Part shown: piece after piece, positions 51,886 to 63,230 of the stretch | How the letters are laid out: each line of letters starts with the position of its first letter | How positions within the stretch are numbered: position 1 is the first letter of the stretch | Source of the DNA: Sphaerodactylus townsendi | Taxonomy: Eukaryota | Reading direction: 5' to 3' | Length of the DNA stretch: 64,000 nucleotides | Assembly (NCBI RefSeq): GCF_021028975.2 | Contig: NC_059431.1 | Location: forward strand, 28,272,001 to 28,336,000 | Notes under the pieces: model-generated | Database searches by the model: none | The model's input: the letters and a program-made list of their open reading frames with translations, nothing else | Told to the model about the DNA's origin: nothing | Made by a program: the position numbers and the translations under genes

Positions 51886-53645
51886 CTAAGATCACCTACT
51901 AAACAGATGCCTAGTCAAGATTCAGGGGACCTTGCTTGTAAAAGGAGAGCTCATCCACTGTTCCCTCCCTTGTTACTCTTGCATCTTTCCTACCACTTGA
52001 TAAAAGATTCCCCAGAGGACAAACCCTCCCTACCTCCATCCATGAAGCAGCTCAAATCAATAGCAGCATTAGACCCTTCACTTATCTAAATGGATAGCTG
52101 ACTCCTTTAGGGTTCTGTCAAGCTACTTAGAAAGAAGCCACATGTCATGAGACCTTTGAATCAAACATGCAATTGGGTACCCTTCCCAGGCACATGCAGG
52201 AAGGCCCAGTTCTGATTGTAAGCCTGGTGTACAAATAGAAGAAGCTTCTGACCTCTGCCCCATGCCATTTTCAAGTCCCGAAACCATGCTGAGGAGATTC
52301 TAATGGCTCTACAGTGAAAATTATGCACACCCACAGAAGTGCCATAATTTTCACAACCATCTGAGGCAGTTTCAGGACGTGAACACAACACTTGAGGAGG
52401 AAAGCTGAGACTGCAGTCCCTTCTCACTGCAACTGCAATGCCCATGGAGAGTCAGGTCCACAAAGTTCAAAACTCCAATCACGTGCCTGATATCAAGACC
52501 TTGCATATGTCATGATGACTTTTAGGTTTAAACTGGTCCTTGGACAGAAGGCAGGGACCACGATAAAGCACATTTCAAAGAAAACTGACATGTTTAGAAT
52601 GTTGTTACTGACATACAAGGCACTTTAATAGTAACTGATAACTATTTACTATAAAAACAGCTATCAAATAATTTCCTATAGAAGTACTAGTCCAAATAGC
52701 TACAAATACCAATGCAAGCCGTTTGTAGCAAATCAAACAACCAGTAAAAGAACAGCACCAAAATTGGGGCAGCATGATCAGCCAATATTTACCAGTCTGC
52801 CAGTTTCTAGGATTCTGCTGTATCTTGCAAAGGTAAACCAGAAAGCTAAAGCCACTGCATTTTCATCATTCTACAGAAATGCTCCATTCAGTAGCTGTTA
52901 ACAGATAGAAGAAGCTGTTTGTCATAGACAAACCTAGGTCAGAAAGGACAATGGAAATTGTTTAGGTATTTTAATATCATCACTGCTGACAGCCAGCATG
53001 TTGTAGTGTTTAAGAGCAGTGGACTCTAATTTGGAGAACCAGGCTTGATTGCCCACTCCTCTACATGAAGCCTGCTAGGTGATCCTGAACTAGTCAATCC
53101 TCTTAGGACTCTCTCAGCCCCACAAACTCACAAGGTGCTTCTTGCAGGGAGGGGAGGCTATTGTAGGCTGCTTTGAGACTCCTTATGATATAGAAAAATC
53201 AGAGTATAAACCAACGCTGCTTCTTCTGAAAACCTGAAGTCAGTAACCCCAAGTGGGTGACTGTCATTTGGAGAAGGATCATCAGGAGGCCTCAGGCAAG
53301 GATTGGGAGACACACTACAGATGTCTAAGGAAAGTCATTTCTATAGATTACGTGACTTGTACAGTTATCGGGACTGTATGTTATCGATATTGGTCTACTT
53401 CAGCAATTCAAGTGAGAAGTGGATCCAAAAGAGTTTCCACACCTTTCAATATTGTCGAAAGGAAAAGCAGCGGTTTTTCTTCATAGAATTCCTAACTTCC
53501 ATCTTGGCATTACCAACTGGTTTGCATTTGTCAGTAGCAGACAACGTCTGAGGTTCCAGGAGTGCAGAAAGAAACTGTGTTTGAACCCAGGCAGTGCGCT
53601 CGGAAGCTAAGGAGAGTGTAGTTAGCTGATTGAAAAAGGAAACAA

Positions 53646-54068
53646 TCAGCTCGGAACCCACCTAAATTTATAGCCCCCGGTGGCAGTCCTGACAGTAAAT
53701 GCATTGCCTTGAGGAAAGGCCAGTGTCCGGATGTTACAGTGCTCTTTGATCGCTGTCCTAAAGGAGCCCCCTTCTTCCAGGTCACTACCACTCATGTCCA
53801 GAGAGCTGCAACTGCTCCGTGTCTGCAACCCATGAAAAGCACCGTACATGCAGACTGTATCGCTCTCTCCACGGGGACGTTTTGGACCTCTGTTTTCATC
53901 AATGGACTGCAAGGCCAGATTGCATTTTTCAGATATTTCCTGCAAAATTTCATTCACTTCTGTGTCATCCTCTTGTTCATTGTTGGATATCTGCATGAGG
54001 CTTCTCTTGTTGGGGACATTGGTAGTGGAGACGTCCGTGCTGTCTTTACACTGAGGTATGATCAGTTT
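53646..54068 (-). CDS. MCIDAS: MCIDAS exon 7 with C-terminal TIRT domain (...NIRTLAFPQGNAFTVRTATGGYKFRWVPS stop)
   Basis: TIRT domain nearly identical to human multicilin; TTTTCTAG acceptor; total CDS 1095 nt = 364 aa. Confidence 0.97.
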   Translation of the reverse strand, partial: KLIIPQCKDSTDVSTTNVPNKRSLMQISNNEQEDDTEVNEILQEISEKCNLALQSIDENRGPKRPRGESDTVCMYGAFHGLQTRSSCSSLDMSGSDLEEGGSFRTAIKEHCNIRTLAFPQGNAFTVRTATGGYKFRWVPS

Positions 54069-54483
54069 CTAGAAAAGAAACACATACAAGCCCTGTAAGA
54101 CTAAATTTTCACATGAAATTTTGAAGTGCATCTCAGCTACGCTCCTGCTGTTGGCGTGAATGTGTTTTAAAAAAACCTGTAGTAGGACTGAAATCTACAT
54201 GCAAAGAAAGGTTGGGATACAACTGCAATTCAGTCTTCTTACACAGACCTGAAATCCACTCAGAAACCCAGTTTGAGAACATTCTAAAATTACCAGCTTT
54301 TCATATTTAACTTTTTGTTTATTTACACCCCTCCTTCCTCCACAATGAGAACTCAAAGCCATATATATCATTCTCCTGTCCTCCATTTTATACTCCTAAC
54401 ACCTTTGTGAGGTAGGATTAGGCTGATATTGTAAGAGTGGCCCATGTTCACTCAGCAAGCTTCCATGGATTTCCCAAATCTTA

Positions 54484-54622
54484 GGCTCATTCCGCACATG
54501 CAGAATAATGCACTTTCAAACTGCTTTCAGTGCTCTTTGAAGCTGTGCAGAATAGCAAAATCCACTTGCAAACAGTTGTGAAAGTGGTTTGAAAATGCAT
54601 TATTTTGCGTGCGGAAGGGGCC
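54484..54622. mobile_element. Palindromic MITE nested in a SINE (MCIDAS intron 6)
   Basis: TIRs as above; interrupts the SINE at 54310-54650. Confidence 0.75.
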
Positions 54623-55134
54623 CTAGTCTGATACACTAACCGCTACACTGACTGACGTGTTTCTGGAACTGCCTGCCATGTCTGCTTTTCCTCACACACT
54701 CATCAACAGGAAAAAGGCAGGAAAAGCAGATTTACAACCCAAACTTCCTGTACTTCACAAGGCATGTGCTATTTTGGTTTTAAATCATTCCCCAAACCTC
54801 TGGCTCGGGGACCATCCTGGAGACCCAGCAATGACTAAGCAACATGGATTTGAAACAACAGCACCCTCTACAGAGCAAACTGCTAAAAAGTTGTCAAGCC
54901 TCCACAGTGAACCACTGATTTCTAGATGATCATCCTACGGAGCACAGGCAATCCCATCATGGATCCCTCATGAGGATCCCTCCATACCTGAAGAAGAACG
55001 GGAAAATGCAAAGCAGATTTCTAGCTCTATTCTGCAACATCAATAGATCTTCAGCATTTAAGTGTCTGGAAGCTGCATCTCCTCATCTTGAAGCGAAATA
55101 AGTTAACAACTGAGAAAGTTATCCTGGCACTTAC

Positions 55135-55245
55135 GTCCAGCACTGATGCTAGCTGCTTGGCTTGGCTGGCCAGCTCCTTGAGTTGGATGTTTCTTTCCTT
55201 CAGAGAGGCAATCTCTTCTTGCTTTTGGGTAAGTGTCACTTGGAG
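55135..55245 (-). CDS. MCIDAS: MCIDAS exon 6 ([37 protein letters not shown])
   Basis: Coiled coil matching multicilin; CAG acceptor, GTAAGT donor; 111 nt. Confidence 0.96.
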
Positions 55246-56499
55246 CTGTTGGGAGATAAATAGTTAGTTTGCGGCTCCATTAAAGGAGGAAGGCATTAAA
55301 GCAGGCCTGTAATACTTGCGAGTTATCAATTTGTATAAAGTTTTGAAAGAGCCAAGCACTTGACAGGTACTCAACGACCACTGTTTTTATAGCTGCAGGA
55401 AAACATCAAGGACAAGAAGCTTCTCCAAGTCCTCATGAGCTGTTGGACTGTACATGACTGTTGGACTATACTGATTGTATAGTTGGTCAGAAATTATACA
55501 ATCAGCATAGAACTACAGAAACCTAAAGCATCCTGACCCGGATAGCCAAGGCTAGCTTGGTCTTATCAGATCTCAGAAGTTAGGTAAGGTTGACCCTGGT
55601 TAGTATTTGGAAACAGAGACCACAAAGGAAGACCAGAGCCGTGACCCAGAGGCAGGCAATGGCAAACCACCTCTGAATTCTTCAGAGGTGTATCACAGAG
55701 GGAAGTCTGTTACACACTGTAACACATCTGTGATACACCTTTGAAGATGCCAGTCACAGATGCAGGCGAAACATTAGGAACAAGATCCACCAGACCACAG
55801 CCACACAGCCCGGAAAACCCACCAGAACCAGTTGAATCAGGCCGTGAAAGCCTTCGACAATACACCTCTGAATATCTCTTGCCTTGAAAACTCCACCAAG
55901 GTTGCTATCAGTCAGATGTGACTTGATGGCAAAAACATAAAATATTAAACATGGCAAGTTAAACAATGCGGAAAGTGGTATTGCCTAACTAAAAAAACCA
56001 AAGCAGTGACTAGGACAGTACACACAGCAAAAATACTACGCACCAGTGATACAGTTCACAGTCCCACTGCTTTTATAGAAGTGTCTTCCTGAAAGGTTGT
56101 TATAGCTCTCCTGAACTACTGCCCTTCTAAACAATGCTGTCTTGCTTAGTTTGCGGAAAGACAGGAGCATGGGAGCCTTCCTGACCTCTGTATTTGTATT
56201 GCACTTTATTAGATTTGTATCCCACCCCTTCATAACAAACACCAGGCTCATGTTAGGCCAGTGGTTCGCAACCTGTGGGTCGAACGACCCTTTCACAGGG
56301 GTTGCCTAAGACTCTATGCATCAGTGTTCTCCATCTGTAAAATGGATAATTGTTAGGATTGGGGGTCTGTGTTAGGTTGACCATTCTACAAGGCAGGGGC
56401 ATTGGGAAGGAGACACAACAAAATGCATATGTCATAGGCAGTTGATGATGATTCGGTCTTATTTGCTTAAAACATACACACACACACACACACACATAC

Positions 56500-56717
56500 C
56501 TGATTGTTTTCCACAAGAGCATCCCCTAGGGCCTTCTGATTATGATCAGCCAAATCTTTCCAGTACTGCTCAGCAGAAGAGGTGCTTTCTACATTCATCT
56601 GAGACAGAAGATCCTCCTGGGCTGGTAGTGGAATACAAGGGGTGTAGGGTCTTCCATCATCCACAGGGAAAGAAAAATCAGCAGAGTCCAGCAGAGGAGG
56701 CACTAGAGAGGATGGGT
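56500..56717 (-). CDS. MCIDAS: MCIDAS exon 5 (...EQYWKDLADHNQKALGDALVENNQ), start of the geminin-like coiled coil
   Basis: Geminin-family YWK..A...AL..AL.EN motif; TTAG acceptor, GTATGT donor; 218 nt. Confidence 0.95.
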
Positions 56718-57541
56718 CTAAGAGAGAATGAACAATAAGAATTAAATTGGATACCTGATAGGTTTCACAGCTTTTGTACACAAGGAGGGGAGTGGTAGCA
56801 TATTCTGAACTGTAATACTAAAATCTAAATTGTATATATAGGTCTGTCCTACACCATGATTAACACTTTCTTTCCCTAAAGATGCTTTTTTTTTGTAACA
56901 GTTGCATAAAGATAATAAGAGCAGCTTTCTCCAGGCACAGAGGGAGAAGCTGTACCTGTTGAATTCCTGATTGTTACGCTGCCATGGCAGGCACCTGGGT
57001 TCATGGCTGTACACCAAATAAGGACACCCCTGTCTCCTAAAGTCTAAGTTAAGTTGCACACCAGTTCACACAGTTACTGCTGAGCCAGGAGTTTAAAAGC
57101 AGCTTCCTTTGAAGGATATAATACTGATGCCTGCCAACTGATGTTTATTAATATTTGTACTGGTTTTAACTTTGCCCTGTCTGTATATGTGTATTCTGTA
57201 CACCGCCCTGAGCCCTCTGGGGGAGGGCAGTATATAAATCCAACAATTAAAAAAAATAAAATAAAATATGAAAGCATTTGAAAGCTTGATCAGGAAGCAA
57301 AGATGCATGAAGGCTACAATTGTTAAATCAGCCAATTATAAATATTTCGGTTTATTAAAAAGACAAACTATTGCTAATCAATAGCAAATTTTAAAAATAC
57401 TGAATTGTTCAATATAAATAAGTTAAAACTTCACAGAGACATGCACTATCTTAGAAGAGGCACTCCCCCTTTTTTTTCTCACAGGTGGGTGGGGAACACT
57501 TTCTCAAAGATGGCTCCATACAGAAATTAGCTAAAAAGAAA

Positions 57542-57682
57542 GGCTCATTCTGCACATGCAGAATAATGCACTTTCAAACTGCTTTCAGCGCTCTTTGAAG
57601 CTGTGCGGAATAGCAACATCCACTTGCAAACAGTTGTGAAAGTGGTTTGAAAACGCATTATTTTGCGTGTGCGGAAGGGGCC
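57542..57682. mobile_element. Palindromic MITE (MCIDAS intron 4)
   Basis: TIRs with AAA target duplication. Confidence 0.8.
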
Positions 57683-57902
57683 AAAGAAGGATTTCGGAGC
57701 ATAGAATAATTTAAGCACATGTATGAATGCGGATACAATCGCTTTCTTATCAGGCAATAGGCTTCGAGGGCTTGTCCTACTAAACTCAATGGGATTTACT
57801 TTCAAGCAATACAGCACAACATCATGAGGCTTGGCTGCTCAATGTTCAAAATCCGACCTGAACTTTCAACAACATGCAATTCTGATCTCTGACGAAACTT
57901 GC

Positions 57903-57975
57903 CAGATATGAAGCTATCGACGGCATCATGAAATTCCTGGAAATCAAAGTCAGGCTCCGCTTGAAAACACAGGCT
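57903..57975 (-). CDS. MCIDAS: MCIDAS exon 4 (SLCFQAEPDFDFQEFHDAVDSFIS), followed by a GC donor
   Basis: Matches human EADFNLQDFRDTVDDLISD; TTTCAG acceptor; 73 nt, phase 0/1; donor G|GCAAGT. Confidence 0.88.
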
Positions 57976-58306
57976 CTGAAAGACACCAAAGAGACATCAC
58001 TGGTGAAAAAAAAATCCCTTCCCCATCACACATTGTACCTCTTGGACTAATTATTGTTCAAGTTAACTTTATGCAGGTGGATACATCTGGGAATCCACTG
58101 GCCAAGCCGGCAAGGGCAAGTTTGCACTGCCGTTACAGATAGCAAGGGGCGCTAATAAAGCTTCTGCCACTGAACCATTCAACATGGGCACTCTCGAAAG
58201 AAAACGTCTAGCAGAAAAACCATTCTCGTGGCCTTTTAACACTCCCCCTTCACTTCTCCTCATGCAATCTGATTGGCTAAGGTCATTTTTGATGCGTGAG
58301 CTCATT

Positions 58307-58546
58307 GTATTGTCGAAGGCTTTCACGACCGGAATCACTGGGGTGCTGTGTGGTTTCCGGGCTGTATGGCCGTGTTCTAGCAGCATTCTCTCCTGACGTT
58401 TCGCCTGCATCTATGGCTGGCATCTTCAGAGGATCTGTTGCAACAGATCCTCTGAAGATGCCAGGCACAGATGCATGCGAAACGTCAGGAGAGAATGCTG
58501 CTAGAACATGGCCATACAGCCCGGAAACCACACAGCACCCCAGTGA
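58307..58546. mobile_element. Penelope-like element termini in inverted arrangement (106-bp arms, no spacer) with hammerhead motif
   Basis: Palindrome 58335-58440 / 58441-58546; CTGAAGA...GCGAAACGTC motif; flanking GTGAGCTCATT duplicated. Confidence 0.8.
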
Positions 58547-59563
58547 GCTCATTCCTCCAAAATAGGCATTCCTTCAGTCTCGATAAAATTTTCACCAGGA
58601 TTCTCACCAGGATTGTGCACTACACTGGGTGGAATCATGAAGAGTGAGTGTGAAAAGTTGATTGTGGTTGGCTCGCCACTGACACTAGAGATAGAAGGAA
58701 CAGTGTCTCAGCTTAGAACAGGAAGCCCCTAGCTAAACTGCTTTCAAATGGAAGAGTGTCATTGCTGGAGATGCAAACAAACAGTCACATAACCCCTGTG
58801 GGTGGCATGCAAACCCACCTTAAGCATGTTTAATTGGAAACAAGTGTGCAACTAGGATTACTCCTCAGTTAAGTTTTGATCCAATGTACACTTACCTGGC
58901 AGTCAGCTCTGTGGAACTCTGGAGCTGGCACCCATTTATGCGCTTGGTTATGAACTTGTCCAAGTTTGTAAAGTGATGACAAACCAAGTTGTCTCGCCCA
59001 CGCCCCTCTCCCTTCCCCAAAAACTGCACATATGGCATTCTATGAACTAGTGACAGATGAGCAGCAAAAGTCCAGATGACTGGCTTCATTTCCCTCTATT
59101 GGAAGGAGTGGCCCATGAAGGTCACCACTGAATTATCTCCAAAAAGCTGCGGGAAGTTCATTAAATGAAATGATTTGAAGCAAGCTTTCACATTGAGTCT
59201 CAATCCTGTCCATAAACAAATCCATCTGAGGGGTTAGAAGGCAGGACCCTCTTTTACTTTGCTCTTTAATTTGACTTCTAAGTGTGTTGTGTTTCATCTT
59301 CCAAAGACCTCAGGGTGTTGTACACTACACAGTCCTCACAGTACCCCTAGGCTGAGATCTGGTTCAATCAGCTGAAAATGGGGACCTGGGGTCCCAAACT
59401 CCTCCTCCAACATTGTGGTATTCCACATGTTTCTAAGAGTGCATTTGTGACCCTTTACAACCAGTTTTATCATTGGCTTTAAAAGGAAGCAGATTGCGCC
59501 CCAGGCAGAAGTCAACTTTTGTTAAATCACATGTTATTCCAAAACTTCCAAGATTTCAGTTAC

Positions 59564-59652
59564 CTGCTGGGTTGGGACAGGGACTCTGGAAGGCTCTTGT
59601 TGAAAGACGGAGCTGCAGTCGCCCAAATCCTGCCAGTCGATGGTAGCAAACG
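59564..59652 (-). CDS. MCIDAS: MCIDAS exon 3 (AFATIDWQDLGDCSSVFQQEPSRVPVPTQQ)
   Basis: Matches human ALTTIDLQDLADCSS; TAG acceptor, GTAACT donor; 89 nt, phase 1/0. Confidence 0.92.
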
Positions 59653-59976
59653 CTAGAGGGGGCAGAAAACCAGTAGTCAGAAGTGTGTGTCAAAAAGTGC
59701 TGCTGGTTGCAGGTACCAGGGATAAGCCAGATTTACCGTTGTACATCTATGAGTCAGCATGCATAGGACTGCACTGCACAAAAATGATAAACTGCCTATA
59801 AAGGGGAGCAGCTAGAGGAGAAACAGTAAGCATGAAAAGACTCGCCTAAAGACAGGTATTTTATTCTAGAATTACTCCAGTTACTCTAAACCAACTATCA
59901 CCCTCCAGTTCCATAAATACCAATTGCTGACACACTCCCAGTCAGCTTCTCTCTTAGTCAAGCTATTGGTCTAAAG

Positions 59977-60524
59977 CAGCAGTGGTGGCTTAACTCCATA
60001 GTGCATGGGTGCCATAGAGGTGGCACCCCAGAGCCCTCTCTGTGGTTATGCGCGAACTGAATCCCCACAATAACACACACACATACACACATATCTAGGG
60101 CTGGCTCCAAATACAATGGGCTTCGATTATTAGCATTTCAAAACCTAAGACCTAGTTTTGGGGAAGCAGTGTAGGTAACCCTGTTGAGCGCTGTTAAACC
60201 CCACTGATTTTCATGCGAAGAACTAAAGTGTGATCCTTTACCTGGGAGTAAGCTCGTTTGCTGGCAATGTTTGCTTCTGAGCAAACCCTCCTAGGGTAGT
60301 GATTCACCCGTTGGAAGAGTTGCACGGTTGCTTCAAAGCAAAGCCACCACTACCACCAAGCTTACTTCCCCGAAAGCAACACACTGAACCAGTAAACCAT
60401 TTTTCTAAACTAAAACCCTTTCAGTATTCACGCTAAATCGCCGCGGTTGGCACTCTATGCGATAAATAAGTGGGTTTTGGGTTGCAATTTGGGCACTCGG
60501 TCTCGAAAAGGTTTGCCACCACTA
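59977..60524 (+). mobile_element. hAT non-autonomous element in MCIDAS intron 2
   Basis: Reverse-orientation homologue of 35755-36261; TSD GTCTAAAG. Confidence 0.85.
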
Positions 60525-60620
60525 GTCTAAAGATTGTGCCATGGTGGTGCGTTACAAGTTTGTGGGTGTTTGGCTCGGTCCCCAACAACTGTCATGCCAT
60601 TAATACCAAACTGAACTCAC

Positions 60621-60696
60621 CTAAATCTACAGGGTCTGGAACCGGGTCGCAATAAATGGCCACTGGAGTGCTTCTCGGGTGGATCTTCCGTGGAGC
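60621..60696 (-). CDS. MCIDAS: MCIDAS exon 2 (APRKIHPRSTPVAIYCDPVPDPVDL)
   Basis: CAG acceptor, GTGAGT donor; 76 nt, phase 0/1; similar to human APPRKFF..SPVSVYEDP. Confidence 0.88.
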
Positions 60697-61189
60697 CTGA
60701 CAGCGAACAAAACCAAGCAAAATGGTTAGGAATTGGCTAACAATGAGAGGCTGGGTCTTGTGTAGCATCCTAAAGTTCATTCGCTGGGGCTTACTCTCAG
60801 AAAAGTGCATTGTCAGGCTGGTCTCGTGTGCACACCTCCTTGAGAGTAAGCTATATTGAACCTCGGGGGGGGGCTTCCTTCAAAATAAGTCTGCATAGCT
60901 TCAGGGATGCTGCGCCAAGCATTGCCTTTTTTTGTGAAGAGTCAAGGCTGCAATTTCACAGCCAGAATTTAGAGGTGATTAAGATGCTGCTGAAAGTCAC
61001 TGTTTGCCCCAGGATTGCTTCCCCTACTTGCAGACCGACCCATTAAGTTGTCTTTTATTGACTGGAGTATTGCCTACTCTGACTGGCAGCAAGTCTCCAA
61101 AGTCTCCCCCCCCCCCCCCCACATTTACTACCTGATGCCAGAGGTTGAGCTTGGGACTTTCCGCAAGAAAAGCAGAAACTCTCTTCCAC

Positions 61190-61830
61190 GGGAGCTGCTA
61201 AGGGAGGGCTGGCGGCTGGTAGTCAGGAGGGCACTTTGCGCGTGCTCAGAGGCACTCCTCCCGTGACGCGACCCGTGCCGACCCCTGGCGCTCCAAACCC
61301 CACCACCGGCATTTTCCCAGCCTCCCCGGAGTAGCCAGCGCCAGACGCACCTTCCTCTCCCCCTTGCCCGGCTTTCTGGCCAGCCGCTCGGCCAGATCCT
61401 GCACCCGGTTGGGGCAGAGGTGGCCAAAGGCTCGCCGGGCGCCGCAGTCCTGCATGGCGCTTCCTCGCCCGACTCGCTGCCCGTCTGGCCCCGCTGCGGG
61501 GAGCCCTCCGGGGAGGAGAGAGCCGAGGGAAGGCGGGCCGGCGGCCGATTGAGCGCCAGAGGTGGCGCCTTCCTCGCCTGGGCTCTCTGCAGCCGGCCCC
61601 TCCTCTTGCAAGCCGCCTTCTCCCCCGGGGACGCACCGAAGCGCCGGAGCCCAAGCGCCAAATTGCGCCCTTGAGCCGCGCGTTGGCGCCGCCGCCAACC
61701 GACGGGGAGAGCTGCTGGAGCTTTCATTGTCCTGAGTCCAGCCGCCAGGATTCAGCTTTGGGTCGCGTGGGGTTGCCTCTGAACATGTGCAGGGCGCCTG
61801 CCCTTAAAACGTGGGGTTCTGTGCGTGCGT
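61190..61830 (-). promoter_or_regulatory. MCIDAS promoter/exon 1 CpG island
   Basis: Very GC- and CpG-rich; TTTGGCGC (minus, 61655-61662) and TTGGCGC (61683-61689) E2F-type motifs about 200 bp upstream of the ATG. Confidence 0.75.
61351..61455 (-). CDS. MCIDAS: MCIDAS exon 1 (MQDCGARRAFGHLCPNRVQDLAERLARKPGKGERK)
   Basis: GCCATG start in a CpG island; matches human MQACGG..RRAFDSICPNR..KPGKPERK; GTGCGT donor; 105 nt. Confidence 0.93.
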
Positions 61831-62044
61831 GCTTGGAACTGAACCCTAACTGCAATTCCTTCGACCCGTCCCCAGTCTGTAACCACTTGACTTGGACATT
61901 CTCGTTTGGGAATGCTTTGGGGCATGTCTCGGGCTAGCTGGGGAAGGAAATACTTTACCAGGGAGTGCAAGGCAAATGTTACAGTTTTATATGTTGGAAG
62001 GCACCCTTAGGGGAAGGGCAGCATGAAAACGGAAATTCAGAAAG

Positions 62045-63230
62045 AAGAAGAACATGAGAAGGTTGCTAAATAGCACGATATGGAGACGGAGATTCAGCGA
62101 CTATGGCACAATCAACAAAGGTTGTCACAGTGGTAATTGGCACCTGGACACCATTCCAAAAACACTCCGGCTGCACTTAAAACACCTTCAAATTGACAGA
62201 ATTACATCTGTCAGATTCAAAAGTCAGTCCTGCTGGGATCCACACAAATTCTATATCGATACATTACAATGTCTTAGGCTTTTGGGTGAGGCTCAAATTG
62301 TAATGAAAGGGCAACAACCATCTAAAGAACAGGGAGTTGCGATAGTAAACAAAAATCATTATCATTTTCATTAATAATAATGATGATGATAATGATAATA
62401 AACGACTGGTGGGACCATTGTCCAGAGAAAGCTTTGGAAAATGAGGTCACATTCTTGTCTGTGGGATTTCTGAATCCGAATGGACAAAGCGTTGGCACAT
62501 AACACACCAGACATCACAGTGATCACAGACCAGAAAGTGACTATCATTAACATAGCAATACCTGATGACAGCAGGGTCGATGAAAAAGAACATGAAAAGG
62601 TCACTAAATATCATGGTTTGAAAATTATTGTAACAAAAGGCCAACAACAGCCAGCTAAAGAACTGGCAGCGATGCTGTTAAACAAAATTTAATAATAATA
62701 ATAATATGAATTTATGCAAGAATTACAACATAAGAACTGCTGAGAACTGGTGGGAACATTGTCCAGAGAAAGTAATGGAAAATGAGAAGGTCAAGATCCT
62801 GTGGGACTTCCAAATCCAATTGGCAAAGTGTTGAAACACAATACACCAGACATCACCATGATCGAGGACAAGAAAGTGACCATCATCGACATAGCAGTCC
62901 CCAGTGACAGCAGAGTCACTGAAAAGAACATGAGAAGGTCACTAGATACCATGATTTGAAAATTGAGCTTCAGAGTCTATGGCACAAACCAGCTGAGGTC
63001 GTCCCAGTGGTAATCGGCATGCTGGGCGCCATCTCGAAAACTCTAGGGCAGCACTTGAAACATCTTCGAATTGACAAAATTAACATCTGTTAAATTCAGA
63101 AGGCTGCCCTGCTGGGATCTGCACAAATACTACGCCATACATTACAACTTCCTAGGCCTCTGGGTGAGGCTCGAATTGTAATGAAAGCCAACAACCAGTT
63201 AAAGATCTGGCAGCTGTGAAATCTAAAAAG
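62045..63230 (+). mobile_element. Three tandem 3' fragments of a Dong/R4-like (RLE) non-LTR retrotransposon
   Basis: ENEKVKILWDFQIQ..HNTPDIT..VTIIDIAVP..EKEHEKVTRYHDLK..VVPVVIGMLG; copies separated by (TAA)n-like tracts at 62371-62400 and 62689-62705. Confidence 0.8.

Noticed and set aside
61128-61727. 199-aa and other long ORFs at the MCIDAS 5' end
   Set aside because: GC-rich island artefact; only 61351-61455 is coding
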